The notes below the pieces were generated by a model. That model was not told where the DNA came from and made no database searches. It saw only the letters and a list, made by a program, of their open reading frames with translations. Below, one piece after another: positions 63,349-64,000 of a DNA stretch of 64,000 nucleotides. Within the stretch, counting starts at the first letter, position 1; each line of letters starts with the position of its first letter. The stretch comes from Planctomycetota bacterium (lineage in GTDB: Bacteria; Planctomycetota; UBA1135; UBA2386): contig JANQJF010000004.1 in assembly GCA_028281765.1 (NCBI GenBank), positions 26,384 to 90,383 of the forward strand. The letters are read 5' to 3'. A program made the position numbers and the translations under genes.

Positions 63349-63924
63349 CTACTCTGTCTCGAGGATCGTGGCGAGTCGGGCGAGGGCTCGATGCAAGAGC
63401 ACGCGCGACGCGCCTTCGGTCTTGCCGAGTTTCTCTCCGGCCTCCGCGTGCGACATCCCGGCGACACGGACCAGCGAGATGATCTCGCGGTGCTCGGCAT
63501 CGAGTCGATCGAACGCGCGTTCGAACTCTTCGATCTCCTCACTGCGAATCAGATCGGCGCTCGGCGTCGTCATCGTTCGGTAGCACTCCGCGATCGCCAC
63601 GTCCCCACCGACCTCTCGACGCACGTCACGCTTTGCCCGCGTGTAGAACGTGTCCCGCTTCAAGATCTTGCGAACCGCGGTCGTGAACAGCCAACCGCGG
63701 AACGCTTCTTCGCCGCGGAACTCGAGCTTCGGGAGATCTTCGAGCAGGTGACGGCAAACCGACTGCACGAGGTCCGACGTCGACTCTTCGGCGCGGATGC
63801 GGGCGCCGGTCTGGAGCCGGACGAACGCTCGCAGTCGCGGCAGGTAGCGCGCGAGCACTTCGTCGAGTGCCTCGCGATCGCCCGCCAGCGCGCGCCGCAA
63901 CAGTTCATCCGGAACACCGTGCAT
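63349..63924 (-). CDS. ECF-type RNA polymerase sigma-70 family factor (paralog of 33329..33910)
   Basis: Same layout as, and about 40-45 percent identical by eye to, the other ECF gene (DLVQSVCRHLL, FRGWLFTTAVRKI, VRVAGMSHAEAGEKLGKTEGASRVLLHRAL). No adjacent anti-sigma-like gene. Confidence 0.85.
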   Translation of the reverse strand: MHGVPDELLRRALAGDREALDEVLARYLPRLRAFVRLQTGARIRAEESTSDLVQSVCRHLLEDLPKLEFRGEEAFRGWLFTTAVRKILKRDTFYTRAKRDVRREVGGDVAIAECYRTMTTPSADLIRSEEIEEFERAFDRLDAEHREIISLVRVAGMSHAEAGEKLGKTEGASRVLLHRALARLATILETE

Positions 63925-63932
63925 CGAGTACG

Positions 63933-63938
63933 ATTATC
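63933..63938 (-). promoter_or_regulatory. -10-like hexamer GATAAT, 8 nt upstream of ATG 63924
   Basis: Minus strand: gtaGATAATcgtactcgATGcac. Confidence 0.35.
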
Positions 63939-64000
63939 TACGACACGGCCCTACCGCGGTGAACCGCTTTGCCGCAGGATCGGCGCCCGCGGACGATACG

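Overview
This is a 64-kb, very GC-rich (about two-thirds G+C by eye, not computed), almost fully coding bacterial chromosome segment. I call about 55 protein genes and one tRNA-Leu(CAA). I see no rRNA, CRISPR array, transposase, integrase or phage genes. Most of the content is housekeeping. (1) A long minus-strand run reads tRNA-Leu <- two membrane TPR/HEAT proteins <- ddl <- a 117-aa ORF <- fabF-acpP-fabG-fabH-plsX-rpmF (no fabD) <- alaS <- recA <- an enolase-superfamily gene. (2) A TAT-exported Pao/Xdh-type molybdoenzyme operon is followed by a Cys-rich mini-ORF and a Ser/Thr-kinase-FGE fusion. It is convergent with a DPP4 -> S9 peptidase -> ECF sigma operon. (3) The arginine cluster argR-argC-argB-argD-argF-argG-argH-GNAT (short NAGS-like) is separated from argJ by a 3-gene island of secreted proteins, two of them endonuclease I paralogs. 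(4) Also present are psd, ispH, a B12-binding radical SAM gene and several secreted peptidases (M32, M28-PDZ, S9, DPP4). The domain repertoire (DUF1570-like, DUF1080-like, HEAT/TPR, ECF sigma plus STK-FGE) suggests a Planctomycetota-like organism, but this is inference only. I do not recognise a defence, toxin-antitoxin, secretion or secondary-metabolite system. The most unusual signals are: (a) a recurrent ~125-aa two-cysteine module on five secreted proteins, three of them in the island that splits the arg cluster; (b) a secreted protein built from six ~85-aa tandem repeats; (c) a tandemly duplicated small-gene cassette; (d) very long intergenic palindromes, including a 33-bp stem abutting the alaS start codon and a 116-bp palindrome upstream of recA; (e) -10-like hexamers 6-9 nt upstream of many start codons, suggesting leaderless mRNAs; (f) an ECF sigma gene translationally coupled to the end of a peptidase operon. 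All functional calls rest on motif recognition by eye. No database search was run.
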